Below are positions 55,577-64,000 of a DNA stretch of 64,000 nucleotides, one piece after another. The stretch's first letter is position 1; every line of letters begins with the position of its first letter. The stretch lies in NCBI GenBank assembly GCA_044225365.1, contig JBGAIQ010000005.1, forward strand, positions 96,001-160,000. The letters run 5' to 3'. This DNA comes from Planctomycetota bacterium (lineage in GTDB: Bacteria; Planctomycetota; B15-G4; JADJEK01). The notes below the pieces were generated by a model. It was not told where the DNA came from. It did not search any database and saw nothing but the letters and a program-made list of their open reading frames with translations. The position numbers and the translations under genes are program-made.

Positions 55577-58417
55577 TTGAAGCACCGATTCGAACGCATC
55601 TTCGCCGCGCTCGTCGTCGCGTGCATCGGTTTCGCCGTCGCAACGATCGTCGAATCCGCACTCCGCAATTCTGAGAATCGAGACGTCGCGCCGACCGCGG
55701 GCGACGGCTGGAGGCTCGCCGGTCGCGAGAGCGCCGACGTCGACCGGGCGGGAAGGCGCCTGGAGATCCACCCCACCGAACGACTGTCGATCGGTCGCGA
55801 CCGGGCGCCCTTCCGCTTCGCAAGCGTCGAACTCGAGTTCGATCGCCTAAGACCCAATTCCGACCTCGACGTCGCGTTCGACTCGGGTACGGGCGGGACG
55901 AGCGACTCCGGTGACGGCGAGTTCTTCGTCCGATTCGGTTCATCCGAATCCTTCGGAGTGATGTTCGGGAAGCGAGGCATCGATGGCTCGGTGAAACTCG
56001 TCGCGCAGGACAAGACTCCCGCGGCGATCCGGGCCACGTCGGGCGCGCGGCGCATCGCGATCCGGCTCGATCACGACCAACTCGTCGTCGAGGTCGATGG
56101 CCAAGAGTGGCTGCACGCAGCGGGCGCGACGGATCTCGAACTGGCCGCCGTCGATCTCGTCGCGAACGGCGGCGAGATCGCCCTTCGCCACGCCCGCATG
56201 CAAGGCCGGATCGACGACGACCCACTCGAGGTCGTCGTCGATCCGACCGCCGGACGCAGTGCCTCGAAGATCGCGCTCACGACTGCCGCGTTGGCGATTC
56301 CGCTCGGATTCGCGCTCTTCGTGCTTCTGTTTCTCGCAGCCTGCACCACCGCGCTCCCACCGCTCCGACGCCTCGCGCTCGCGACCGGAATCGCTCTCTC
56401 GCCGAGTGCGCTCCTGCGCATCGCGACGAGCCCGACGACATGGGTGAGCGACGGATTCCTCGCGAGCGAGAACGCCGTACTCGTCGCCGCGGCGCTCGGG
56501 CTCCTGATCGGACTTCTCTTCCTGCGAACCCATCTCGCTGCGGGCGACGCGAGTCGACTGGAGAACACGCTACGAATCGCACTCGGAGCGACGGCGGTCG
56601 CCTTCACCGGCATTTCTCTCTACCGTCACGCTCATGAAGCGTTCTTGCCACTGGAGTCCGCCGAACGCGCCGCGGTGAAGCTCGTCCTCCATCCCGAGCC
56701 CGAGTCGCACGCGGCGATCGATCTCGACGCCGGGAACTCGCTGGCCCTCCCGAGCCGGGTCCGCGACGGAGACCTCCATCTGCGGTTCACGCTCGATCCG
56801 GATTCGATCCTGCAGGTTCGCTTGCGCGAAGCGCGACCGAGCTGGCCGGAGGGCGTCTCGTTCTTCGTCTCACGCGACCCGCGCTTCGAAAGCGGTTTCT
56901 ACGTGGAGACGCGCGGTGACTTCGTGCGCCTCGCCGGCGATCTCGACCTGCTGCGAGGCGATCCGTCCGCCGAGCACGTGCTCCATCTCGAAGCCGTCGG
57001 TCGCCGTTTCCACGCCACGCTCGACGCATCGCGAAGCGTGACGGCGACGACGCCGATGTTCCCGCAAGGCGCCTGCCGCGTCCTGGCGGCGCGCGGGCGC
57101 GTACACGTGAGCCTCGCTCGAACGACCCCGCGTCCGGATCTCGAGCCCCTCGCCGACGGCGTGGCCGCCGATCGGCGAGCCGCGCTCGTCGACTCGAGCC
57201 GCGCTCCGCTCCTCGCGCTGCTCCTTTCGTGCGTGCTCGCACTCGGCCTGCGACTCGCATTCCCTACCACGCTCCTGCTCGTCGGGCTCGCGATGGCACC
57301 GCTGCCGATCGCCCTGTCCGTGGTTCGCGCCTCCCCGTCCACAGGGCACGACGAACTCGCGCGCGCCGTCGTCGCCACGCTCTTCCTGCTGCTCGTTCCT
57401 TGGATCGCTCACGCGAAGCGGCTGCAAGGAGCCCGCACGATCGCGTTTCCGATCCATCTCCTGCTGTCGCTCCTCCTCGCGCAGCGTGGCCGCGCGCTCC
57501 TCGATCCGCCCATCCATCTCGTGAGCGACGAGTTCGTGAGCCGAATGCCGATGTCTCACTGGTCGGGAGATCGTCTCGTCGACGAGCTGCTCTGGCTCAC
57601 CCATCCGTGCTTCCGGCGCTGGAACATCTACCTCGCGAATCACTCGTTCCGCGATCGAAACCATGCGGTTGCACGCGTTCCCGGCACTCTTCGGGTCATG
57701 TGCATCGGCAGCTCCAGCACCTACGGCGCCGAGGCCAAGACGCCGTATCCCCTCGGCCTCGAGCAACTCCTCCAGAAGGACGGCCGTTCCGTCGAGGTGA
57801 TCAATGCGGGCGTGCGCGGTTCCGTCGGGAATCAGCTCGTCCGGCTGCTGCGAGATCAGCTTGGCCAGTTCGCACCCGACGTCGTCACGGTCTCGCTGTT
57901 CTACAACGACGCCTACTCCCTGACGCAGAGTGACAACGAGGCCTACCTGCAGCGCCTGATCGAGGCCGGCGAGGGACGTGATCGCTTCATCGATGCGAAG
58001 TTCGAGAAGGAGATCGCGAACGGCGCCGAACGTTATCGAACGTTGTCGAGCGCGATGGACGAATCCGCGATCGCCGCCGCCGCCGCGAATCCCGGTTCCC
58101 CTCCGGCGCGGTTCGAACGCATGCTGCGTCGCTTCATCGATCTCTCGCGCGAACGCGACTTCCGGCTCGTCTTCATCGAGGAACCCGTGCGCGGCGACGA
58201 GCCCCACCTGTGGAAGAAGGAGTTCCGCGCGGTGATGGATCGCCTCGGCCGAGAGTTCGAATTGTCGGTGGTCGATCCCACACCCGCGATGCTGCGAAAG
58301 GGCGGCGCCAAACTGTTCGTCGACTCGATCCATCCGAACGAGCAGGGCCACGCGATCGTGGCGGAAACCCTGCTCCCGGTGATCGAGCGCGAGCTCGATC
58401 GACGCGCCGGTCGCTGA
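55577..58417 (+). CDS. Multi-pass membrane protein with beta-sandwich loops and C-terminal SGNH/GDSL hydrolase
   Basis: Several TM clusters; CIGSSSTYG, VINAGVRG, FYND, DSIHPNEQGH. Start uncertain. Confidence 0.72.
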   Translation: MKHRFERIFAALVVACIGFAVATIVESALRNSENRDVAPTAGDGWRLAGRESADVDRAGRRLEIHPTERLSIGRDRAPFRFASVELEFDRLRPNSDLDVAFDSGTGGTSDSGDGEFFVRFGSSESFGVMFGKRGIDGSVKLVAQDKTPAAIRATSGARRIAIRLDHDQLVVEVDGQEWLHAAGATDLELAAVDLVANGGEIALRHARMQGRIDDDPLEVVVDPTAGRSASKIALTTAALAIPLGFALFVLLFLAACTTALPPLRRLALATGIALSPSALLRIATSPTTWVSDGFLASENAVLVAAALGLLIGLLFLRTHLAAGDASRLENTLRIALGATAVAFTGISLYRHAHEAFLPLESAERAAVKLVLHPEPESHAAIDLDAGNSLALPSRVRDGDLHLRFTLDPDSILQVRLREARPSWPEGVSFFVSRDPRFESGFYVETRGDFVRLAGDLDLLRGDPSAEHVLHLEAVGRRFHATLDASRSVTATTPMFPQGACRVLAARGRVHVSLARTTPRPDLEPLADGVAADRRAALVDSSRAPLLALLLSCVLALGLRLAFPTTLLLVGLAMAPLPIALSVVRASPSTGHDELARAVVATLFLLLVPWIAHAKRLQGARTIAFPIHLLLSLLLAQRGRALLDPPIHLVSDEFVSRMPMSHWSGDRLVDELLWLTHPCFRRWNIYLANHSFRDRNHAVARVPGTLRVMCIGSSSTYGAEAKTPYPLGLEQLLQKDGRSVEVINAGVRGSVGNQLVRLLRDQLGQFAPDVVTVSLFYNDAYSLTQSDNEAYLQRLIEAGEGRDRFIDAKFEKEIANGAERYRTLSSAMDESAIAAAAANPGSPPARFERMLRRFIDLSRERDFRLVFIEEPVRGDEPHLWKKEFRAVMDRLGREFELSVVDPTPAMLRKGGAKLFVDSIHPNEQGHAIVAETLLPVIERELDRRAGR

Positions 58418-58585
58418 CGCACGCTCGTCCTGCCGGCAGCGACAAGATCGCGCTCTGCGAACATCAAGCCCTCGTTGAATCATGGTTTCGCGCGCCCCGA
58501 TCCGGCCTCGAAACGGTACTTTCTCACGAGATGTACGGTGTCGATGGCCCGCGTCGACACAACACCTTGGATCCAAGAACCACCC

Positions 58586-59995
58586 ATGAAGACACCCGTC
58601 GCATCCGCCCTGCTCCTCTCCGCGCTCTTCATCGGCGCGTCGAACGCCCTCGCCACGGAGGCGCTGCGCGTCGCGATCTACAACGTTCAGTCGCTGAACC
58701 TCGCGACGCAGGGTTACACCGACATGCTCGCCATCATCAAGCGGATGGACGCGGACGTGATCATGCTCGAGGAGGTGACGGGCAACGCCGAAGTCGCGGC
58801 GGTCCCCGCGCTCGCCACGGCGGCGGGTTATCCGTTCTCCGTCGTCGCGACCGCGCAAGGCACGTTGACGGGCGACCTGCACGACGCGATCCTGTCGCGG
58901 TATCCGATCGTGAGCAGCAAGTCGTGGAGCGCGGCGCAGATCTCTGGCGATCCAACGGCCAACGACATCACGCGCGACATCCTCGAGGCGCAGGTCAGCG
59001 TGCCCAACGTTTGCGGGAACATCGGGTTCTTCTCCGTGCATTTGAAGTCGGGCAGTACGTCGACCGACGACTTCCGCCGCGCGATCGAACTGCGCCGCGT
59101 GAAGAAGGTGATCGAAAACTTCCTCGCGACGAATCCCACGTCGCAGGTCTTCTTCGGCGGCGACCTCAATGACGACGTCAACGACGGCCCGTTCGGCGCG
59201 ACGTTCAACGCACTGCCTTCCGGACTTCCGGCGAGCTTCGACCTCGGCAACGACATGACCTTCCCCGTCGTGTACGACCCGTTCAACTACATCGCGTCGA
59301 TCGGTGGCCTGTCGCTCACGATGGCCGACACGACGAGCGAAGATTGCACGACCTGCTACGCGACCCGCGTCAGTTCCGGACGTCGTCTCGACTATCTCTT
59401 CGCGCGCGCGAGCACGATCGATCTCGGCGACGAGATCTACGCCTCGCCGTCCGACAACGGGATCGACGACGCCCCGAGCGGCAACTACCTCGACAAGGCG
59501 TTCGCGCCGCTCCTCGCGGGAGCGAGCAACTCGGCCGCGGATCACTACTCGGTGTTCGTCGACTACCTCTTGAACAGTTGCGACGGCTCCCGATTCGGTT
59601 CGGCCTATCCGGGGACGCATCTGCTGACACCGCGCGCCGGCATCAAGGGCAACGCAAAGATCGGCGACGCCACGTTCGGCCTGCGTCTCGTCTATGGTCG
59701 ACCGTCGTCGAGCGCCGTGCTCGTCCTCGGCTCGCAGAAACTCGCGCCGCCGAGCGGATTCCCGCTCGCCCCCTACGTCCCGGGTGCGAACCTCTACGTC
59801 GACGTGATCTCCGCCTACGGGATCTTCGTCACCGCGACCGACGCCAAGGGCGACTCGACGTTCCCGTTGCCGCTACCGAACTCGGCGACGCTCCTCGGGT
59901 TGAAGTTCGAATCGCAGTGGTTCGTCTCCGATGCCGGCGCACCGAACGCGATCGGCGCGATGAGCGACGCCTACGAAGTCATCGTCCACGGCTGA
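58586..59995 (+). CDS. Secreted endonuclease/exonuclease/phosphatase-family enzyme with shared C-terminal domain
   Basis: Signal peptide; YNV, DVIMLEEV, LSRYPI, HLKS, GDLND, LDY, ADH; C-terminus …LPLPNSATLLG…SQWFVSD…SDAYEVIVHG. Confidence 0.85.
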   Translation: MKTPVASALLLSALFIGASNALATEALRVAIYNVQSLNLATQGYTDMLAIIKRMDADVIMLEEVTGNAEVAAVPALATAAGYPFSVVATAQGTLTGDLHDAILSRYPIVSSKSWSAAQISGDPTANDITRDILEAQVSVPNVCGNIGFFSVHLKSGSTSTDDFRRAIELRRVKKVIENFLATNPTSQVFFGGDLNDDVNDGPFGATFNALPSGLPASFDLGNDMTFPVVYDPFNYIASIGGLSLTMADTTSEDCTTCYATRVSSGRRLDYLFARASTIDLGDEIYASPSDNGIDDAPSGNYLDKAFAPLLAGASNSAADHYSVFVDYLLNSCDGSRFGSAYPGTHLLTPRAGIKGNAKIGDATFGLRLVYGRPSSSAVLVLGSQKLAPPSGFPLAPYVPGANLYVDVISAYGIFVTATDAKGDSTFPLPLPNSATLLGLKFESQWFVSDAGAPNAIGAMSDAYEVIVHG

Positions 59996-60249
59996 CGCTC
60001 GCGTCGCGGATCGCGACAGCTCGGGCTTGCGAGATCATGGACGAATGCTAGATTCGATCCGCCTCGATTGGGATCGAGGTCTCTCGGAGATCGCAAACTC
60101 GCGCTGAAGTTCGAAGGCTTCGGCGGAGACGTGGAGTTCGCGAAAAGGTGCGCGCTCTCCGGGGAGCGAAAAGGGTACGTCAGGATCTCACGTCAACGAT
60201 CAGAGCGTCGTAGCCGGCGCATCTCCGTCGTTGCGTGTCGGAGCAATCG

Positions 60250-62988
60250 ATGAATCGCTTCACTCTCTCGACAATTGCATTCGGATTTTGCATCGGGGTC
60301 AGTGCCTACGGAGGGACGGTTTTCGTCAACGCAGCGAACGGAGGATTCGAAGACGGAACGCTGGCGAATCCGTACAACACGATCCAGGAGGGCGTCAACG
60401 CGGCGCTGAACGGGGATACGGTTTCGGTCGCCGCAGGCGTCTACGAAGAACAGGTCGACTTCCTCTCGAAGAACATCTCGGTGGTCGGCGCGGGCGCGGA
60501 GCTCACGACGATCCGTACGCCGGCCGTGCGTACGGTCAACCTCACGCGCACCGACCTGCCGTCGTGCTCGGGCACGCGCGCGGTCGACTCCGTCGTCTGG
60601 ATCCAAGGCACGACGAATGCGACGCTCAAGGGCTTCACGATCGACGGCAACAACACGCTCATCTTCTCCTACCTCGGCACTTCCGTGCGTACGACCGGCA
60701 TCGCCATGAAGGCCGCGCGCGCGACGATCGATTCGTGTCGCGTCCAGCGCGTGCGCGATCCCGCGTGCGACGGCTGTCAGGGCGGTATCGGCATCTACGT
60801 GGTGTTCAGCAACAGCAACGTGACGATCACCAACAACTTCGTCGTCGATTGCCAGAAGGGCGGCATCGTGGTGAATGGGCACGCCGGCGCACTGCAGTCC
60901 GGCGCGTGCACCGCGGCCGACGCGCAGACGCCGCACGCTCAGATCACGGGCAACATCGTGGTCGGCCAGGGTCACACCTGGGCGATCGCATTCAACGGCA
61001 TCCAGATCGGCTTCGGCGCCGACGCCGTCATCGACAACAACATCGTCACCGGCTGCTACTACGAAGGGACGTCGGCGGCCTCCGGCGGCATCCTCCTCGT
61101 CGGCTCCGCACCCTGTTCCGTGCTCGGCAACACCGTCACGGCGAGCAACATCGGGATCTACGCGAGCGACATCGACCTCGGTTTCGGCAACATTCCGGTC
61201 GGCGCGGGCATCTATCAGGGCAACATCCTGAACAATCCGCAGAACGGTGATCCGCTCTCCTTCGCCGACAACGCGTTCGACGACAACGCCGCGAGCGTCT
61301 GGAACGGCAACACCTATCACAACTTCGATCTCGCCCACGGCGCGCCCGCGGGTTACGACATCGGTTTCGCGTCCTACGCCGGCATCGCCACGAGCGACAC
61401 CAGCGCGGCGCAGCTCGATCCGCTCGACTGGAACGATCTCGTCGCTCCCACCGCGACCGTCACGGGACAGGATCCCGAAGGCATCGCGGTCGCCGACGTC
61501 AACGGCGACGGCTTCGCCGACGTCATCACGGCGAACGAGAGCTCGAACTCCGTGTCGGTGCTCCTCAACAACACGTCGGGCGGCCTGCTCCCCGCCGTGA
61601 CGACCACCTCCGCGACGAATCTGAAGGGTGCGCGTTCGGTGGTCGTCGGCAACTTCACAGGCAGCGCGGCGCTCGATCTCGCGGTCGCGTGCAAAGCGGG
61701 CAACACCGTGACGATCCTGGCCGGAACGGGCACGGGCAGCTTCAGCGTCACGACGGTGATCCCGCTGTCGACCGGCCCCTACGCCATCGCAACGGGCGAC
61801 GTCGACGGCAACGGCACGGCCGACCTCGCGGTGGCGCTCGCCGGCACTCCGTTCTTCACCCCCGGCGGCGTGAGCGTGCTCTCGAACGCGCCGTTCGGGA
61901 CCTTCACGGCGAGTGCGCTCGTCGCGCCGGGTTCGGGATTCGGCCAGGTCCAGGGCATCGCGATCGCCGATCTCGGCGGTACTTCGCTGCCCGAAGTGGT
62001 CGCGACCGATGCCGACAAGGGCAACCTGCTGATCTATGCGAACAGCGCGGGGACGTTCGGTGCGCCGACCCTGCAGGACATCACGATCGCGCCGCTCGAG
62101 GTCGTGAAGCCGCGCGGCGTCCTGGTGCGCGACATGAACTTCGATCGCCGCCCGGATGTCGTGCTGACCAATCTCGGCAACGTCCCGACCTCGTTCGGCG
62201 ATCTTCGCATCCTGCCCCACTCGCCGTCGGCGAGCATCGCCTTCGGCAAGGCGCTCGCGTTCCAGACCGGCACGTTCCCGACGGCCGTCGCGGCGGGCAA
62301 CCTCTACGAGGATCTCCCCGCGCGCGGCGCATACACCGGCGATGACGTCGTCACCGCGGACTTCGGCGCCTCGACGCTGACGCAGAACAACGGCTTCACC
62401 GGAATGGTCACGCCCTCGGCGTCGATCACGACGGACGGGTCGTTCCTCGCCCGCAGCTCCTATCCGATCGGCGTGCCGACCGCGGTCGCCATCGCCGACC
62501 TGAACAATGACGGCTTCAACGAAGTCATCGCGACGACGGTGGGCGCGCTCGGTCAGGTCCATGTGTTCGGCGCCCGCGTCAGCGCTCTCGTCGAACCCTA
62601 CGGTGAAGGCTGCGCCGGCACCGGCGGCACGATCCCGGTGAACGGTGCGCTCGGACTCCCGACGATCGGTAACTCGGGCTTCGTCGACACGCTGTCGAAC
62701 GCGGCCGCGTTCAAGGCGAACTTCCTCGCCCTTGGCGTTGGCCCGGCGAACGCGCAGTATGGCCCCGTTCCGTTCGACTGCTTCCTGCTCGTCAATCCCT
62801 TCCCGCTGTTCCTGACCTTCCGCAGCTTCACCGACGCGGCCGGTCAGTCGCAGATCCCGCTGCCGATCCCGAACGCCCCCGTTCTCGTCGGCGCGCAGGT
62901 CTACACCCAGTGGATCGTGTTCGACAGCGCCGGCCCGGCGCCCGGCGTCGTCTTCTCCAACGGATTGCGAATCCGACTCGGTTACTGA
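60250..62988 (+). CDS. Secreted DUF1565/right-handed beta-helix + FG-GAP/VCBS protein with shared C-terminal domain
   Basis: DGTLANPYNTIQEGV…GVYEE; beta-helix repeats; ADVNGDGFAD, GDVDGNGTAD, DLNNDG; C-terminus YGEGC…TQWIVFD…SNGLRIRLGY. Confidence 0.85.
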   Translation: MNRFTLSTIAFGFCIGVSAYGGTVFVNAANGGFEDGTLANPYNTIQEGVNAALNGDTVSVAAGVYEEQVDFLSKNISVVGAGAELTTIRTPAVRTVNLTRTDLPSCSGTRAVDSVVWIQGTTNATLKGFTIDGNNTLIFSYLGTSVRTTGIAMKAARATIDSCRVQRVRDPACDGCQGGIGIYVVFSNSNVTITNNFVVDCQKGGIVVNGHAGALQSGACTAADAQTPHAQITGNIVVGQGHTWAIAFNGIQIGFGADAVIDNNIVTGCYYEGTSAASGGILLVGSAPCSVLGNTVTASNIGIYASDIDLGFGNIPVGAGIYQGNILNNPQNGDPLSFADNAFDDNAASVWNGNTYHNFDLAHGAPAGYDIGFASYAGIATSDTSAAQLDPLDWNDLVAPTATVTGQDPEGIAVADVNGDGFADVITANESSNSVSVLLNNTSGGLLPAVTTTSATNLKGARSVVVGNFTGSAALDLAVACKAGNTVTILAGTGTGSFSVTTVIPLSTGPYAIATGDVDGNGTADLAVALAGTPFFTPGGVSVLSNAPFGTFTASALVAPGSGFGQVQGIAIADLGGTSLPEVVATDADKGNLLIYANSAGTFGAPTLQDITIAPLEVVKPRGVLVRDMNFDRRPDVVLTNLGNVPTSFGDLRILPHSPSASIAFGKALAFQTGTFPTAVAAGNLYEDLPARGAYTGDDVVTADFGASTLTQNNGFTGMVTPSASITTDGSFLARSSYPIGVPTAVAIADLNNDGFNEVIATTVGALGQVHVFGARVSALVEPYGEGCAGTGGTIPVNGALGLPTIGNSGFVDTLSNAAAFKANFLALGVGPANAQYGPVPFDCFLLVNPFPLFLTFRSFTDAAGQSQIPLPIPNAPVLVGAQVYTQWIVFDSAGPAPGVVFSNGLRIRLGY

Positions 62989-63129
62989 TCCCGCGTCTCT
63001 CCTCGACGCAGTTCACCGGAGTGCTCGCGGTTGCGAGCGCTCCGGTGGCTGCGCGAGGCTGTTCTCTCGCCGCGCCCGCCAACGGCCGGATCCCCCCGCC
63101 ACCGAAGCCAGAGTCCCATAGGAGTCGCG

Positions 63130-64000
63130 ATGATCGCTTCCGATCGAGACCTCGTATCCGCAGGTTGCAGCCGCCGTTCCCGTTCACTCCTCGCATGGTC
63201 CGTCGTGGGCCTCTGCGCCGGCATTTCGCTCCGTTTCGCGAACGCGGACGAACCGTCCGCTCGCGACTCCACGATCTGCACTCCGGGACTTCCTTCGGTC
63301 TTCGCGGAGAACTCGGGGCAGTGGCCGTCGAGCGCGAGTTTCGTCGCGCGCGGCTCGCATCAATCGATCACGGTGACGCACGATGGATTCCTCGCGCGCG
63401 ACCTCGGGGGCGCCACGCTCGGCGTCACGTTCGAGGGATCGCAGACGCGCGCCGTCGGCCTTCGCGCGAGTCCTGCCCGAGTGAACGAATTCCTCGGCTC
63501 CGATCCGACGGCCTGGCGCAGCGCGCTGCGCACGTTCGAGAGCGTCGCGATCGAAGGGCTCGCGAACGGGGCACGCGTCGTTCTCCACACTTCGCGCTCC
63601 GGTCTCGAGTACGACCTCGAACTGCCGCCGGGAGCGCCGCTCTCCGCGGTGGTCGCTCACGCCCACGGCGGGAACCTCTCGCTCGACGACGCAGGTCGGC
63701 TCGTCGTGACGACGCCAACCGCCTCCGCGCGATTCTCGATCCCGGCGACGTTCGCGATCTCGCCCACGGGTCAGCGTCGCGAGCTCGCGGCGCACTTCGT
63801 CCTCCTCGGAGACGACCGCTTCGGATTCGAGTCCGAAGGGCGTAACGACGACGAAGCGCTCGTCGTCGATCCGACGCTCGTCTACTCCTCGTTCCTCGGC
63901 GGCCCGCAATTCGAGGAAGTGCGCGCGATCGCGGTCGATGGTTCGTGCTCGACGATCACTGCGGGGTGGACGATCTCACCCGCGTTCCCGTCCACGATCG
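63130..64000 (+). CDS. SBBP beta-propeller repeat protein (partial, runs off right edge)
   Basis: Frame from ATG 63130: FAENSGQW…FVARG, VNEFLGSDPTAW, LEYDLELPPGA, LVVDPTLVYSSFLGG…AIAVD…AGWT. Confidence 0.8.
   Translation, partial: MIASDRDLVSAGCSRRSRSLLAWSVVGLCAGISLRFANADEPSARDSTICTPGLPSVFAENSGQWPSSASFVARGSHQSITVTHDGFLARDLGGATLGVTFEGSQTRAVGLRASPARVNEFLGSDPTAWRSALRTFESVAIEGLANGARVVLHTSRSGLEYDLELPPGAPLSAVVAHAHGGNLSLDDAGRLVVTTPTASARFSIPATFAISPTGQRRELAAHFVLLGDDRFGFESEGRNDDEALVVDPTLVYSSFLGGPQFEEVRAIAVDGSCSTITAGWTISPAFPSTI

Overview
GC-rich bacterial chromosomal window, most likely from a Planctomycetota-type lineage (inferred from DWG-type Ser/Thr kinase, ECF sigma factors and many carboxypeptidase-regulatory/FG-GAP secreted proteins). 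It holds about 44 CDS and 4 tRNAs (His, Arg-UCG, Lys-CTT, Leu-TAG). Recognisable loci: a Zn/Mn uptake operon (leader protein, OM receptor, ABC SBP/ATPase/permease, BamD-like lipoprotein), a three-gene prepilin operon, PPK2, an Hhe-type helicase-nuclease defence gene, galK, prmA, cobB, a two-component pair, and a lower-GC kinase/IPT/collagen-S74 fibre/ECF block. Top observations: (1) seven otherwise unrelated signal-peptide proteins end in the same ~120-130 aa C-terminal domain, a candidate lineage-specific sorting or surface-anchoring system; (2) two 'separate' ORFs are one AhpD/CMD-like selenoprotein (CxxU) with a clear SECIS hairpin; (3) a PilX-like pilin carries a CxxCH heme-c motif; (4) a His/Cys-rich leader ending LAPKTPPP precedes the metal-uptake operon; (5) two non-CRISPR repeat arrays are linked by a shared REP-like palindrome. 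All calls come from reading motifs by eye; no database searches were run.
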